Assembly (NCBI GenBank): GCA_902785105.1
Contig: CACZXF010000043.1
Coordinates: 20,580-84,579, forward strand
From: an uncultured Eubacteriales bacterium
Lineage (GTDB): Bacteria; Bacillota; Clostridia; Christensenellales; Aristaeellaceae
Direction: 5' to 3'
DNA: 64,000 nucleotides
The position numbers were made by a program, and so were the translations under genes. Positions 1 to 8,492 of this stretch are shown here, piece by piece. The notes below the pieces were generated by a model, which was given only the letters and a program-made list of their open reading frames with translations, had not been told where the DNA came from and searched no databases. Numbering within the stretch: the first letter of the stretch is position 1; each line of letters starts with the position of its first letter.

Positions 1-2
1 GC

Positions 3-1544
3 CCCCATATCAGGGACAAGCTGACCACGACCCAGATCATGCGCATCGTGACGCTGTCACTGCTGCCCGCCACCGTGGTGGGCGTGGTGGTCCACGGCGT
101 CCACGCGCTGCTGATCGTGCTGCTGTCCGTGGGCACGGCGGTGCTCTCCGAATTCGCCTTTGACAAGCTGTGCCACAAGCCGGACACCTGGAAGGACTTC
201 TCCGCCGTGGTCACCGGCCTGATGCTGGCCCTGTGCCTCTCGCCCAGCGCGCCGCTGCATCTGCCGGTCATCGGCGCCATGTTCGCAATTTTAATCGTGA
301 AGTGCTGCTTCGGCGGCCTGGGCAAGAACTTCCTGAACCCGGCGCTGGCGGCCCGCTGCTTCCTGCTGATCTCCTTCGGCACAGGCATGACCCAGTACGC
401 CCTGGACGGCGTCACCGGCGCGACCCCCGTGGCCGAGCTCCTGCAGGGCAAGGCGGTGAACATCACCTCCATGTTCCTGGGCACGGCCCCCGGCGTCATC
501 GGCTCGTCCGTGCTGGCGCTGCTGGTGGGCGGTCTGGCGCTGTGGGTCATGGAGCTGATCCACGGCGAGATCTGCTTCTCGATACTGATCTCCTTCACGC
601 TGTTCATCGGCCTCTTCGGCGGTCAGGGCTTTGACCCCAAATTCCTGGCGGCCCACCTGTGCGGCGGCGGCGTGGTGATGGCGGCCTTCTTCATGGCCAC
701 CGACTACACCACCTCCCCGGTCAGCAAGTTCGGCCAGATGATCTACGGCGTCACCATCGGCGTGCTGGGCGGCATCTTCCGCCTGTTCAGCGGCTCGGCG
801 GACTCCTTCAGCTACTGCGTCATCTCCGCCAACCTGCTCACCCCCCTCATCGACACCTTCGTGGTGCCCGCGCCCAAGGCCTTCAAGCGCAAAGGCCACT
901 ACGCCCGCGTCACCATCCCGGCGATGGCCTCCCGCATCCCGCGGCCCGTCATCGTGCTGACGGCCATCACCGTCATCGCGGGCCTGGCGCTGTCCGGCGT
1001 CTACTCCATGACCAAGGATACCATCGAGGCCGCCCACGCCCTGGCAAACGCCGCCTCCTTCAAGGCGGTCGTGCCCGAGGCGGAGAGCTTCGAGGCCAGC
1101 GATGCTTTGGCTGAGACCGTGGCGAGCCTGGACGGCGTGGTCTACGGCTCCGACTATGGCCGTGCCTACATCAACGAGGCCTACACGGCGCTGGACGCCG
1201 ACGGCAACGTGGTGGGCTACGTGGTCCGCGCCACCTCCTCCGACGGCTTCGACGGCGATGTCTCCATGGCGGTGGGCATCAATCCCGAGGGCGCGGTGAA
1301 CGGCATCGCCTTCACCGAGCTGAACGAGACCCCCGGCATGGGCATGCGCGTGGACGAGCCCGAATTCAAGGGTCAGTTTGAGGGCAAGGCCGTCAGCAAG
1401 TTCACACTGAACAAGGCCGGCGGCTCCACGGCGGACGACCAGATCGACACCGTCTCCGGCGCGTCCACCACCTCCGGCGCGGTGGTCAACGCCGTGAACG
1501 CGGCCCTGGACTTCTACGCAAACAACATGAAGGGAGGCGCATGA
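3..1544 (+). CDS. rnfD: Rnf complex subunit D fused in frame to subunit G; 5' end lies outside the window
   Basis: The frame is open from nt 3 (PHIRDKLTTTQIM), paralleling the N-terminus of the second RnfD at 22459 (PHVHSPQTTRALM). The body is polytopic with a DGVTGATP flavinylation-type motif. After about aa 300 there is a new TM helix and an FMN_bind-like domain with DTVSGASTTSGAV. rnfE-rnfA-rnfB follow. Confidence 0.85.
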   Translation, partial: PHIRDKLTTTQIMRIVTLSLLPATVVGVVVHGVHALLIVLLSVGTAVLSEFAFDKLCHKPDTWKDFSAVVTGLMLALCLSPSAPLHLPVIGAMFAILIVKCCFGGLGKNFLNPALAARCFLLISFGTGMTQYALDGVTGATPVAELLQGKAVNITSMFLGTAPGVIGSSVLALLVGGLALWVMELIHGEICFSILISFTLFIGLFGGQGFDPKFLAAHLCGGGVVMAAFFMATDYTTSPVSKFGQMIYGVTIGVLGGIFRLFSGSADSFSYCVISANLLTPLIDTFVVPAPKAFKRKGHYARVTIPAMASRIPRPVIVLTAITVIAGLALSGVYSMTKDTIEAAHALANAASFKAVVPEAESFEASDALAETVASLDGVVYGSDYGRAYINEAYTALDADGNVVGYVVRATSSDGFDGDVSMAVGINPEGAVNGIAFTELNETPGMGMRVDEPEFKGQFEGKAVSKFTLNKAGGSTADDQIDTVSGASTTSGAVVNAVNAALDFYANNMKGGA

Positions 1545-1545
1545 G

Positions 1546-2235
1546 GTGAATAAATACGTTGAAAGGCTGTACAACGGCCTCGTCAAGGAAAATCCCACGC
1601 TGATACTGATGCTGGGCATGTGCCCCACCCTGGCCGTGTCCACAAGGGCCATGAACGGCATCGGCATGGGCCTGTCCACCACGGCGGTGCTCATCCTCTC
1701 CAACGTGGTGATCTCCCTGCTTCGCAAGGTCATCCCGGACGACGTGCGCCTGCCCGCCTACATCGTCATCGTGGCCTCGCTGGTCACGGTGACGGAGCTG
1801 CTCATCGAGGCGTATCTGCCCTCGCTGTACGCGGCGCTGGGCATCTACATCCCGCTGATCGTCGTCAACTGCATCATCCTGGGCCGCGCCGAGGCCTACG
1901 CCAACAAGCACGACCCGGTGCTGTCCTTCTTCGATGGCCTGGGCATGGGCCTGGGCTTCACCATCGCCCTGACCCTGGCCGGCATGATCCGCGAGTTCCT
2001 GGGCAACGGCACCTTCTTTGGGATGCAGGCGCTGCCCAAGGGCATCGACCCCATCGGCATCTTCGTGCAGCCTCCGGGAGCCTTCCTGGTCATCGCGCTG
2101 ATCATCGCCATCCAAAATGCCATCGGCATTAAGACCCGCCAGCGCAGCCTCGTCGAGGACGGCTGCGACGGCATCTGCGCCAACTGCTCCGCCCGGTGCG
2201 GCAAGGGCCAGCCTGAGGAGGTGAGCGCCAAGTGA
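1546..2235 (+). CDS. rnfE: Rnf complex subunit E
   Basis: GTG start 8 nt after GAAGGGAGG. Polytopic, with LGMCPTLAVS and GIYIPLIVVNCIILGRAE motifs typical of RnfE/NqrD. Sits between rnfD/G and rnfA. Confidence 0.85.
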   Translation: MNKYVERLYNGLVKENPTLILMLGMCPTLAVSTRAMNGIGMGLSTTAVLILSNVVISLLRKVIPDDVRLPAYIVIVASLVTVTELLIEAYLPSLYAALGIYIPLIVVNCIILGRAEAYANKHDPVLSFFDGLGMGLGFTIALTLAGMIREFLGNGTFFGMQALPKGIDPIGIFVQPPGAFLVIALIIAIQNAIGIKTRQRSLVEDGCDGICANCSARCGKGQPEEVSAK

Positions 2236-2813
2236 GTACCAATCTGATTTTGATCGTGGTCACCGCCGCGCTGATCAACAACGTGGTGCTGAGCCAGTTC
2301 CTGGGCATCTGCTCCTTCCTGGGCGTGTCCAAGCAGATGAAGGCCTCCTTCTCGCTGGGCATGGCGGTCATATTCGTCATCACCATCGCCAGCGCCGTGG
2401 CCAGCCTGCTGTATGACTTTGTATTGAAGCCCCTGGGCCTTGACTACATGAAGACCATCATCTTCATATTGGTCATCGCCGCGCTGGTGCAGATCGTGGA
2501 GATGTTCCTGAAAAAGACCTCCCCCGCCATCTACACCGCCCTGGGCATCTACCTGCCCCTCATCACCACCAACTGCGCGGTGCTGGGCGTGGCGCTGACC
2601 AACGTGCAGAACGGCTATAACTTCATCGAATCCGTGCTGTGCGGCTTCGGCACGGCGGTGGGCTACACCCTCGCCATCGTGCTGCTGGCCTCCATCCGCA
2701 GCCGCATCCACGAGGAGGACATCCCCGCCCCCCTGCGCGGCGCGCCCATCGTGCTGATCTCCGCGGCCCTCATGTCCATCGCGTTCATGGGCTTCTCGGG
2801 CCTGTCGTTCTAA
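2232..2813 (+). CDS. rnfA: Rnf complex subunit A
   Basis: Start overlaps the rnfE stop. Six-TM protein with GIYLPLITTNCAVLG, typical of RnfA/NqrE. Confidence 0.85.
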   Translation: MSTNLILIVVTAALINNVVLSQFLGICSFLGVSKQMKASFSLGMAVIFVITIASAVASLLYDFVLKPLGLDYMKTIIFILVIAALVQIVEMFLKKTSPAIYTALGIYLPLITTNCAVLGVALTNVQNGYNFIESVLCGFGTAVGYTLAIVLLASIRSRIHEEDIPAPLRGAPIVLISAALMSIAFMGFSGLSF

Positions 2814-2825
2814 GGGGGTGGCCGT

Positions 2826-3647
2826 ATGCAGATCATTGTCATCACCACGGTGGTCATCGCCATCGTCGGCCTCATCGTCGGCGCGGGGCTGGTGTTCACC
2901 GGCAAGAAGTTCTATGTGGAAGTGGATGAGCGGGAGGCCGCCGTGCGCGAATGCCTCCCCGGCAACAACTGCGGCGCCTGCGGCTATGCCGGCTGCGACG
3001 CCATGGCCGGCGCCATCGCCAAAGGCGAAGCGCCCGTGAACGGCTGCCCCGTGGGCGGCGCGCCCGTGGCCGAAAAGATCGGCGCGATCATGGGCGCTTC
3101 CGCCGACGCCGTGGAGCGCAACGTGGCCTTCGTTCGCTGCAAGGGCACCTGCGACGTCACCCACAATCAGGGCAACTACGTGGGCATCAAGGACTGCCGC
3201 GCCGCCGTCATGGCCGGCATCAACGTCACCGACTGCTCCTACGGCTGCCTCGGCTTCGGCTCCTGCCAGGCCGTGTGTCCCCAGCACGCCATAAGAGTGG
3301 TCAACGGCGTGGCCGTGGTCAGCCGCAAGCTCTGCGTTGGCTGCGGGCTGTGCGTCAAGACCTGCCCCCGGGGCCTCATCGAGCTGGTGCCGGAGAGCAA
3401 GCACGTCGCCGTCCAGTGCTCCAACCATGACCGGGGCCCCATGGTCAAGAAGGTCTGCTCCGCCGGCTGCATCGGCTGTATGCTCTGCGTGAAGCAGTGC
3501 GAGCATCAGGCCATCACCGTCACGAACAACCTCGCCCACGTCAATTACGCCAACTGCGCCCAGTGCGATAAGTGCGTATCCAAGTGCCCCGCCAAGGTCA
3601 TCACCCCCTCCCTCAATTTCGGGAAGGAGCAGGACGTTCCGGCGTAA
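2826..3647 (+). CDS. rnfB: Rnf complex subunit B (polyferredoxin-type)
   Basis: N-terminal TM helix, a CGACGYAGC cluster motif, then several CxxCxxCxxxCP 4Fe-4S motifs. Last gene of the rnf operon. Confidence 0.85.
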   Translation: MQIIVITTVVIAIVGLIVGAGLVFTGKKFYVEVDEREAAVRECLPGNNCGACGYAGCDAMAGAIAKGEAPVNGCPVGGAPVAEKIGAIMGASADAVERNVAFVRCKGTCDVTHNQGNYVGIKDCRAAVMAGINVTDCSYGCLGFGSCQAVCPQHAIRVVNGVAVVSRKLCVGCGLCVKTCPRGLIELVPESKHVAVQCSNHDRGPMVKKVCSAGCIGCMLCVKQCEHQAITVTNNLAHVNYANCAQCDKCVSKCPAKVITPSLNFGKEQDVPA

Positions 3648-3661
3648 GCACCCCTAATACT

Positions 3662-3703
3662 GCCTCATCCGCCAGGGCATAACCCTGACGGATGAGGCCT
3701 TTG
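3662..3703 (+). terminator. Stem-loop terminator after rnfB
   Basis: GCCTCATCCGCCAGGG-cataa-CCCTGACGGATGAGGC followed by CTTTG. Confidence 0.6.
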
Positions 3704-3744
3704 CGCAATAAGAACAAGTTAACATCCTGTTGCCAATCTTGATG

Positions 3745-3773
3745 TTGACGGTTTCGTCGGGATGGAGTAAAAT
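3745..3773 (+). promoter_or_regulatory. Sigma-A type promoter for the toxin-antitoxin pair
   Basis: TTGACG, 17-nt spacer, TAAAAT, about 35 nt upstream of the antitoxin start. Confidence 0.5.
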
Positions 3774-3810
3774 AATAATAGGATTGATTTATGGAACAGG
3801 AGGGATGCAC

Positions 3811-4050
3811 ATGGCTTATTCACTGGAAAGCGTGATCTCCGCAATTCCCACGATGGAACAATCTGAATTCGACCAACTGGCCCAGGCGGTTTTCCAGCGC
3901 ATCAATGACCCAATGGCCCCTCTGACAGAAGCTCAATGGGCTGAAAAGCTGGATCGATCCATCGCACAGGCTGACCGGGGCGAACATTACGACGCGAGAG
4001 CTGCCGTCGAGCGCATACGCGCAAAATACCACCGCGAAAGAGTTGGATAG
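3811..4050 (+). CDS. Putative antitoxin (family not recognised)
   Basis: 79-aa ORF with ATG 7 nt after AGGAGGG. Its stop lies 2 nt before the RelE/ParE-like ORF. I trimmed the track start at 3730. Confidence 0.5.
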   Translation: MAYSLESVISAIPTMEQSEFDQLAQAVFQRINDPMAPLTEAQWAEKLDRSIAQADRGEHYDARAAVERIRAKYHRERVG

Positions 4051-4052
4051 TT

Positions 4053-4370
4053 GTGGAAACCTATTCCATAGAAGTAACCCCGAACGCGGATGCAGATGTG
4101 GAGCGCTGTTATCGCTATCTCGTTGAAGTTCTCCACTCTTGGGAGGCCGCAGATGCCTTTCTTGATGACTATTATGAATCGCTGGATAAGCTCAGTCTTG
4201 TAGCCGGAAAGCTGAAAATGGGCGAACACCCGCTGATGAAATCGAGGGCATTAAGGCGATTAAATTTTCATCGGCATCATTATTTCTTGCTCTACAGAAT
4301 GGAGGGACTGACCGCCGTCATTATCGCGGTCGCCCACTTTCGGCAGGACATCAGCAATGTACTGAAATAA
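4053..4370 (+). CDS. RelE/ParE-family type II toxin (putative)
   Basis: 105 aa with a GTG start directly after the upstream small ORF. Size and the pattern YRMEGLTAVIIAVAHFRQD fit ParE/RelE-fold toxins. Confidence 0.6.
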   Translation: METYSIEVTPNADADVERCYRYLVEVLHSWEAADAFLDDYYESLDKLSLVAGKLKMGEHPLMKSRALRRLNFHRHHYFLLYRMEGLTAVIIAVAHFRQDISNVLK

Positions 4371-4395
4371 CGAGCAGGGCTGCAAGGTGGTTCAA

Positions 4396-4641
4396 ATGAT
4401 GGCCAATCGACCGACAGCCGTTTCGGTGAAGCCCACAGAGGACTATCATCTGTTGGTGACCTTTGACAACCGGGAGCAGCGGCTGTTCGATGTCTCGCCC
4501 TACATCCGGGGCAATTGGTTCGGTCAGCTTCGGGACAAGGCGCTGTTTGACAAGGTCCGCATCGGCGGTCTATCCGTGGAATGGCCCGACGGACAGGACA
4601 TCTGCCCGGACCGGCTGTATTATGATAGTATACCCATTTAA
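4396..4641 (+). CDS. DUF2442-like small protein
   Basis: About 81 aa; VKPTEDYHLLVTFDNREQRLFDVSPY ... VEWPDGQDICPD resembles DUF2442. Confidence 0.55.
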   Translation: MMANRPTAVSVKPTEDYHLLVTFDNREQRLFDVSPYIRGNWFGQLRDKALFDKVRIGGLSVEWPDGQDICPDRLYYDSIPI

Positions 4642-4662
4642 GACAAGGGAAGAGGAATCACT

Positions 4663-5943
4663 ATGGAAACCAAGCACATTCTCCGGTTTATCGGAACAGG
4701 CGCGGTGGTGATCGCGGCGGTGGTGTTGCTGGGCGGCTTCGGCGGCAACAAGCTGATGTACCACCTGCAGAACCGGGGCGACCTGGGGCCGCTTTCCCGC
4801 GAGGACATCGAGTATCTGAATGTCGATGCTCCCGCGGCCACCAGCAGGGACGGCACCATCAACGCTCAGGACTGGTCCACCGTCTACCCCGAGATCGCCG
4901 TCAGCATGGGTGACAACAGCAAAAACAGCTATGTCACCGACTATCTGGAGCAGGACCCCTATCTGGTCAACATCTACGAGGGCTACGGCTTCGCCAAGGA
5001 CTACGGCAGCGCCCGGGGCCACGAATACACCTTAGCGGACGTCCACAAGACCCAGCGTCCCCACCCCAAGGCCAACTGCCTGACCTGCAAGACCCCGAAC
5101 TTTGCCAAACTGGTGAACGATGAGGGCGTAGGCGTCTACAGCCGCCCCTTTGAAGAGGTGGAGGCGCTGATGGAGGAGAACATCTCCTGCTACACCTGCC
5201 ACGGCAACGAGGCGGGCAACGCGGGCAAGCTGGTGGTCACCCACTCCTACGTCAACAAGGCGCTGGGCGACAACGTGAACACCATCGACCCCGCCACCCT
5301 CTCCTGCGGCCAGTGCCACATCGAGTATTACTTCACCCGCGAAGACTCCGAGACCATGATGCCCTACCACAGCGTGCAGGAGATGGCCCCAGAGGCGATA
5401 CTGGCCTATTACGACGCCATCGACTTCTACGACTGGGAGCAGGAGGCCACCGGCACGAAGATGCTCAAGGCCCAGCATCCCGAAATGGAGACCTTCCTCC
5501 AGGGCAAGCACGCCGCGCTGCTGAACTGCGCCGACTGCCACATGCCCATGGAGATGTCCGACGAGGGCACCGTCTACCACAGCCACACGCTGGTTAGCCC
5601 GTTGGACAGCCCCGCGTTGCTTGAGACCTGCGCCACCTGCCACGGCGACACCGACATGACCAAGCTGGTTCGCGGCATACAGGAGCGGGTCACCAAGCGC
5701 GAGACGGAAGTTGGCAACAAGCTCTCCGACTTCAAGGACGCCCTGGCCGACGCCGTCGCCACCGGCGCGAAGTCCGAGGCCGAGCTGGACGACCTCCGCA
5801 AGCTCCACCGGGAGGCTCAGTGGTATTTCGACTTCTGCTATGTCGAGAACTCCGAGGGCGCCCACAACTCCGAGCTGTCCATGCGCTGCCTCGATACCTC
5901 CGAGGAGAAGATCAACGAGGCCATGGCCCTGCTCACCACCTGA
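4663..5943 (+). CDS. nrfA: Ammonia-forming cytochrome c nitrite reductase NrfA-type pentahaem protein, N-terminally membrane anchored
   Basis: One CLTCK (CxxCK) site plus four CxxCH sites (CYTCH, CGQCH, CADCH, CATCH). N-terminal hydrophobic helix. Followed by system II cytochrome c maturation genes. Confidence 0.8.
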   Translation: METKHILRFIGTGAVVIAAVVLLGGFGGNKLMYHLQNRGDLGPLSREDIEYLNVDAPAATSRDGTINAQDWSTVYPEIAVSMGDNSKNSYVTDYLEQDPYLVNIYEGYGFAKDYGSARGHEYTLADVHKTQRPHPKANCLTCKTPNFAKLVNDEGVGVYSRPFEEVEALMEENISCYTCHGNEAGNAGKLVVTHSYVNKALGDNVNTIDPATLSCGQCHIEYYFTREDSETMMPYHSVQEMAPEAILAYYDAIDFYDWEQEATGTKMLKAQHPEMETFLQGKHAALLNCADCHMPMEMSDEGTVYHSHTLVSPLDSPALLETCATCHGDTDMTKLVRGIQERVTKRETEVGNKLSDFKDALADAVATGAKSEAELDDLRKLHREAQWYFDFCYVENSEGAHNSELSMRCLDTSEEKINEAMALLTT

Positions 5944-6015
5944 CCCCCGCAACCCACGGCATTGGGAGGGACACAAGCCATCCCTACCCAATGCCGTTTT
6001 GTTTGAATGGGGAGA

Positions 6016-6126
6016 ACTCCCTCAGTCAGCTTCGCTGACAGCTCCCTCTAAGAGGGAGCCATAAGGCGACCTTCCAAAAGGCTCCCTCTCTGAGGGAGCT
6101 ATCACGCGAAGCGTGACTGAGGGAGT
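6016..6126. repeat. Nested-palindrome element, family A (GAGGGAG type), copy A1
   Basis: Outer inverted repeat ACTCCCTCAGTCA/TGACTGAGGGAGT encloses sub-hairpins GTCAGCttcGCTGAC and GCTCCCTCTaaGAGGGAGC. Lies in the nrfA-ccsB spacer. Confidence 0.9.
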
Positions 6127-6149
6127 CCATCCCCCAACAAGGAACCACC

Positions 6150-7427
6150 ATGACGACATTCAAAAAGCTTTGGCGCTTCCTCTCCTCGATGAAGTTTGCC
6201 ATCATACTTCTGGTGATCCTGGCGGTGGCCTGTTCCCTGGCGAGCCTGGTGACCCAGGGTCAGGACTACGCTTGGTACGCCCAGCGCTATTCCGAGCGCA
6301 CGGCGGCGCTGATCCTGGCCCTGGGACTGGACGACGCCTTCCACAGCGTCTGGTTCATCGCCATCACCGCCTTCCTGTGCATCAATTTATTATTATGCAA
6401 CGTCCTGCGCCTGCCGGGCCTCATCAGGCGCACAAAGAGCGAGTCCGACCCCGCAAAGGTCCTCGACGCCGCCGGGGACATATCCGTCGAGAACGTCCGG
6501 GACCCCGAATCGGTATTCAAGCGCCTGGGCATGAAGCCCATCAAGGTGGAGGGCCGCGAAGCCTATTTTGCCGCGAAGCACCGCGCCGGCCTCTGGGGCG
6601 CGTGGGTCTGCCATCTGGGCATATTGCTGTTGATACTGGGCTTCGGACTGGGCCAGGCGACGCAGAAGCAATACGCGGTCTACGGCGTTCCGGGCACATC
6701 GAAACCCATCGGCGACACGGAATACGCGCTGACCATCGACGACTTCCGGGTGGGCCTGCGCGAGGACGACACCGTGGAGCAGTACACCGCCGACATCACC
6801 GTCCGCGACCTCTCCGAGAAGGGCATCGGCAGCAGCGAATCTGCCTCAATCAGCGTCAACCACCCCGCCACCCTCTACGGCATGAAGTTCTACCAGAACT
6901 CCACCGGCTGGGCGGCCACAGTCCACATCACCAAGGACGGCAAACCCCTCCAGGAGGAGGTCCTCTGCGCCGGGGAATACCTGCTGGTGAAGGACAAGCC
7001 CGAGCTGGCCATCTATCTGTCCGCCTTCTATCCGGACTATGTGATGACCCCCGGCGTCGGCCCCTCCACGGCCAGCGGCGCGCTGAACAACCCGGCCTAT
7101 CTGTATCAGGTCTACTATCAGGAGCAGGTGCTGGGCATGAACATACTGATGCCCGAGGAGGAGCTGACCATCGACGAGTACACCGTCACCTTCTCCGACC
7201 CGCAGAATTACACCCTCATCCAGATCAAGCGTGACCGCTTCACCCCGCTGGCCCTGGCCGGAGGCCTCATCACGCTGCTTGGCCTGATCCTGGCGCTGTA
7301 CCTCCAGCCCGCCCGCGTCTGGGCCATACGCACGGAAAATGGCTGGACCATCCGCGGCCAGTGCCGCAAGGGCGGCGCGCTGTTCCGGGAGCGGTTCATG
7401 AAGGCAATACAAACGGAAGAGGTATAA
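6150..7427 (+). CDS. resB: Cytochrome c biogenesis protein ResB/CcsB (system II)
   Basis: N-terminus MTTFKKLWRFLSSMKFAIILL, TM helices flanking a large extracytoplasmic loop, and a C-terminal TM. Located next to ccsA. Confidence 0.8.
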   Translation: MTTFKKLWRFLSSMKFAIILLVILAVACSLASLVTQGQDYAWYAQRYSERTAALILALGLDDAFHSVWFIAITAFLCINLLLCNVLRLPGLIRRTKSESDPAKVLDAAGDISVENVRDPESVFKRLGMKPIKVEGREAYFAAKHRAGLWGAWVCHLGILLLILGFGLGQATQKQYAVYGVPGTSKPIGDTEYALTIDDFRVGLREDDTVEQYTADITVRDLSEKGIGSSESASISVNHPATLYGMKFYQNSTGWAATVHITKDGKPLQEEVLCAGEYLLVKDKPELAIYLSAFYPDYVMTPGVGPSTASGALNNPAYLYQVYYQEQVLGMNILMPEEELTIDEYTVTFSDPQNYTLIQIKRDRFTPLALAGGLITLLGLILALYLQPARVWAIRTENGWTIRGQCRKGGALFRERFMKAIQTEEV

Positions 7428-7440
7428 ACAGGGAAAGACG

Positions 7441-7552
7441 ACTCCCTCAGTCAGCTTCGCTGACAGCTCCCTCTAAGAGGGAGCCTGAAAAGCGCCCCTC
7501 CAAAAGGCTCCCTCCCAGAGGGAGCTGGCACGCGAAGCGTGACTGAGGGAGT
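7441..7552. repeat. Family A element, copy A2
   Basis: Near-identical to A1. Lies in the ccsB-ccsA spacer. Confidence 0.9.
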
Positions 7553-7590
7553 CCGTACCCCCGGCATTGCACCATTGGAGGAAAATCCAC

Positions 7591-8406
7591 ATGCTACAGG
7601 TTGAGAACACGCTGTTCACCATCGTGATGCTGCTGTACTTCGCCGCGATGATCTGCTATTTCCTGTTCATCGCCGTGAAGAAGGATGGGATGGCAAAGAC
7701 CGCGATCATCCTTCAATCGGCGGGCCTGGTGCTGCACACGGCGGCGCTGGTCTGCCGGGGCATCGGCGCGGGGCGGCTGCCGCTGACGAACCAATATGAA
7801 TTTGCCACGGCCTTCGCCTGGGGCCTGTCGCTGGTGAGCCTGATCTTCGTGATAAGGTTCAAGTTTCCGGTGCTGGGGGCCTTCGCCGCGCCGGTGACGT
7901 TCCTGGTCATCGGCTATGCGGCCATGCAGAGCAAGGAGGTCAAGGAGCTGATGCCCGCCCTGCGGAGCAACTGGCTGGGCTTCCACGTCTCCACGGCCAT
8001 CATCGCCTACGGGGCCTTTGGCGTGTCCTTCGTGCTGGGCATCATCTTCCTGCTGCGCGACCGGATGCGGGCCAGCGGCTTCCTGGACAGCCACATCCCG
8101 GACAAGGAAAAGCTGGACATCATCAGCTATCGCAGCGTCTCCCTGGGCCTGCTGTTCCTGTCCTTCACCATCATCACCGGGGCCATCTGGGCCGAGCGGG
8201 CCTGGGGCAGCTACTGGTCCTGGGACCCCAAGGAGACCTGGTCGCTGGTCACCTGGATCATCTACGCCGCCTACCTCCACCTCCGCATCCGCCGGGGCTG
8301 GCAGGGCAAAGCCGCGGCCATATTCGCCGTGGCGGGCTTCATCTGCGTCATGTTCACCTACATCGGCGTGAACACGTTCCTGCCGGGCGTACACAGCTAC
8401 GCATAA
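7591..8406 (+). CDS. ccsA: Cytochrome c biogenesis protein CcsA/ResC (haem handling)
   Basis: ATG 9 nt after GGAGG. Polytopic, with the tryptophan-rich WGSYWSWDPKETWSL (WWD) motif. Confidence 0.85.
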   Translation: MLQVENTLFTIVMLLYFAAMICYFLFIAVKKDGMAKTAIILQSAGLVLHTAALVCRGIGAGRLPLTNQYEFATAFAWGLSLVSLIFVIRFKFPVLGAFAAPVTFLVIGYAAMQSKEVKELMPALRSNWLGFHVSTAIIAYGAFGVSFVLGIIFLLRDRMRASGFLDSHIPDKEKLDIISYRSVSLGLLFLSFTIITGAIWAERAWGSYWSWDPKETWSLVTWIIYAAYLHLRIRRGWQGKAAAIFAVAGFICVMFTYIGVNTFLPGVHSYA

Positions 8407-8492
8407 TGTCAATCATCGCCGGGATATATTCCCCGCGAATGACATAGAATCACACATTCCGACCCTACAAACCATTGAAGGAGGTCTTTCCC

